Assembly: GCA_964406405.1 (NCBI GenBank)
Contig: CAYORN010000004.1
Span: forward strand, 136,163-200,162
Source of the DNA: an uncultured Alphaproteobacteria bacterium
GTDB taxonomy: Bacteria; Electryoneota; RPQS01
Direction: 5' to 3'
Length of the DNA: 64,000 bases
Numbering within the stretch: position 1 is the stretch's first letter; each line of letters opens with the position of its first letter. The translations under genes and the position numbers were made by a program. Shown piece by piece: positions 62,695 to 64,000 of the stretch. The notes under the pieces are model-generated. The model was not told the origin of the DNA, made no database searches, and saw only the letters and a program-made list of their open reading frames with translations.

Positions 62695-64000
62695 TAACGC
62701 TCTCCGAACTTACGTGAAAACACAATACCGATCTTTTTCAGAAACTCGGTCGGCAATTCGCCGCCGATCAATACAAACACCTGATCATTGAGCAGCACGA
62801 CTTCATGTCCGCTCTGCTCAAGATAGACCTTGTCCGGCTCGATCCGCGTGACGGTGGAATTGAAGAGCGGATTCACGATGCCTTTGTTGATGGCCTTTTC
62901 GATGCGCGTGCTGTTGCCCTCCTTGATGCGGAACAAGCCTTCGCCGCGATAGGAGAGATGGACGGTTGTGCCCGGCTGTTCGGCGAGCGCGAGGCTGGCC
63001 TCGACCGCGCTGTCACCGCCGCCCACGACGAGGATCTTCAAGTCATGGAATTTTTCCGGCTCGAGAATGCGGTACGCCACCTTGTCGGACTTCTCGCCGG
63101 GGGCATTCAACTTGCGCGGAGTGCCGCGGCGACCGATGGCCAGCAGGACGCGCTTCGCGTCGTACTGGCTCTGAGTGGTCACCACATGGAAGTGGTCGTC
63201 CAGGCGGGTCACTTCGGTCACGCGCTGATTGGAATCCACGACCAATCCGGTGCGGTTCATCACATCGTTGAAGATCTCCAACAGCGATTCCTTTTCGATC
63301 TCGCGGGCGTTCACCGAGCCATAGAGGGGCAATTCCATCGGCGCCGTCATCACCAGCTTGCGGCGCGGATAGGTAAGCACGGTGCCGCCAAGATCCTCCT
63401 GATCCACGATCACGAATCGCAGTCCATCCTTCTTGGCCTGCAAAGCGGCGGCGATTCCCGCCGGACCCGCGCCGACGATCACGAGATCCAACGGTTCTTT
63501 CCTGGACTCGGAAGCGAGGCTCTTGGCTATGTTTTGCACGGCCTGCTTGCCTTGGGTCACGGCGTTGCGGATCAAACCCATCCCACCCAGTTCGCCCGCG
63601 ATATACACGCCGGGGACATTGGTTTCGTAGGTCCCTGTCACGTGCGGGATGTCCACGCCGCGCTTTTCCGTGCCAAAGACGAGCGTGATTGCGTCCACCG
63701 GGCACGCAGCCTGGCACAGGCCGTGACCGATGCAGCGCGAGGGATTGATCAGTGTGCCTTTGCCGTCTATGAGCGCGAGCACGTCCACTTCGGGGCACGC
63801 CTCGACGCACGCGCCCGACCCCATGCATTTACTCGGGTCAATATAGGGATGCAGCGAGACCGGTTGATCCAGTCCGCGCTCGATCGCTTTCTTCAGGATT
63901 CCCGCGGCGCGGCGGCTCTTCTTCCGCTCTTTGACGACATAGTAGACGGGGACGCCCAGCGTGAACAGCACCACGACAGCGTAGATCAGGACTTCAAGCA
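62694..64000 (-). CDS. Membrane-anchored 2x[4Fe-4S] ferredoxin domain fused to an FAD/NAD(P)-dependent (thioredoxin-reductase-like) oxidoreductase; the 5' end may lie beyond the window
   Basis: CMGSGACVEACP...CIGHGLCQAACP (dicluster), VPGVYIAGELGG, VIVGAGPAGIAAALQAKKDGL (GxGxxG) and ILVVGGGDSAVEASL. The reading frame stays open to the window edge upstream of the GTG at 63974. Confidence 0.8.
   Translation of the reverse strand, partial: LEVLIYAVVVLFTLGVPVYYVVKERKKSRRAAGILKKAIERGLDQPVSLHPYIDPSKCMGSGACVEACPEVDVLALIDGKGTLINPSRCIGHGLCQAACPVDAITLVFGTEKRGVDIPHVTGTYETNVPGVYIAGELGGMGLIRNAVTQGKQAVQNIAKSLASESRKEPLDLVIVGAGPAGIAAALQAKKDGLRFVIVDQEDLGGTVLTYPRRKLVMTAPMELPLYGSVNAREIEKESLLEIFNDVMNRTGLVVDSNQRVTEVTRLDDHFHVVTTQSQYDAKRVLLAIGRRGTPRKLNAPGEKSDKVAYRILEPEKFHDLKILVVGGGDSAVEASLALAEQPGTTVHLSYRGEGLFRIKEGNSTRIEKAINKGIVNPLFNSTVTRIEPDKVYLEQSGHEVVLLNDQVFVLIGGELPTEFLKKIGIVFSRKFGER

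Noticed and set aside
1-64000. Searched for integrases, transposases, phage structural genes, rRNA/tRNA genes and cas genes as anchors for the low-GC patches.
   Set aside because: None recognised in any frame of the ORF track. The foreign-looking patches (5306-6984, 12843-13217, 28144-29631, 39575-42008, 50590-51305) therefore have no obvious classical mobility gene apart from the GIY-YIG nuclease.

Overview
High-GC (about 60% by eye), almost fully coding bacterial chromosomal window with most genes on the minus strand. No rRNA, tRNA, CRISPR array, transposase or integrase was recognised. A T9SS-type C-terminal sorting domain (54803-56353) suggests an FCB-superphylum-like lineage, and the promoters I could spot are sigma70-like (TTGACA-17-TATATT).

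Content, left to right:
1. A partial Cu P-type ATPase.
2. A 19-gene co-directional string (866-15389). It joins a complete 2-oxoacid dehydrogenase complex (E1a, E1b, E2, E3) and a lipoate ligase to four crotonase, thioesterase and EthD genes, an orphan PaaA-type diiron oxygenase with a Rieske ferredoxin, a GNAT and an aldehyde dehydrogenase. Two foreign-looking inserts interrupt it.
3. A protein and peptide foraging region: giant secreted S8 and HExxH proteins, two OPT transporters, an M29 aminopeptidase and a second S8.
4. sucA-sucB separated from its lpd by a low-GC island that carries a GIY-YIG cassette and palindromic repeats.
5. A hicAB module flanked by long direct repeats.
6. A cluster of two giant multiheme c-type cytochromes (31 and 20 CxxCH) plus an outer-membrane beta-barrel, a TPR protein and a FeS/FAD oxidoreductase.

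Best candidates for something undescribed:
- A stand-alone TIR-domain fusion protein (28144-29631) in a low-GC patch between two OPT paralogs.
- A low-GC 1TM + 2TM gene pair inserted inside the catabolic operon (5306-6984).
- The cytochrome-porin cluster (56389-64000).

Function calls come from reading the translated ORFs by eye. No database search was run.
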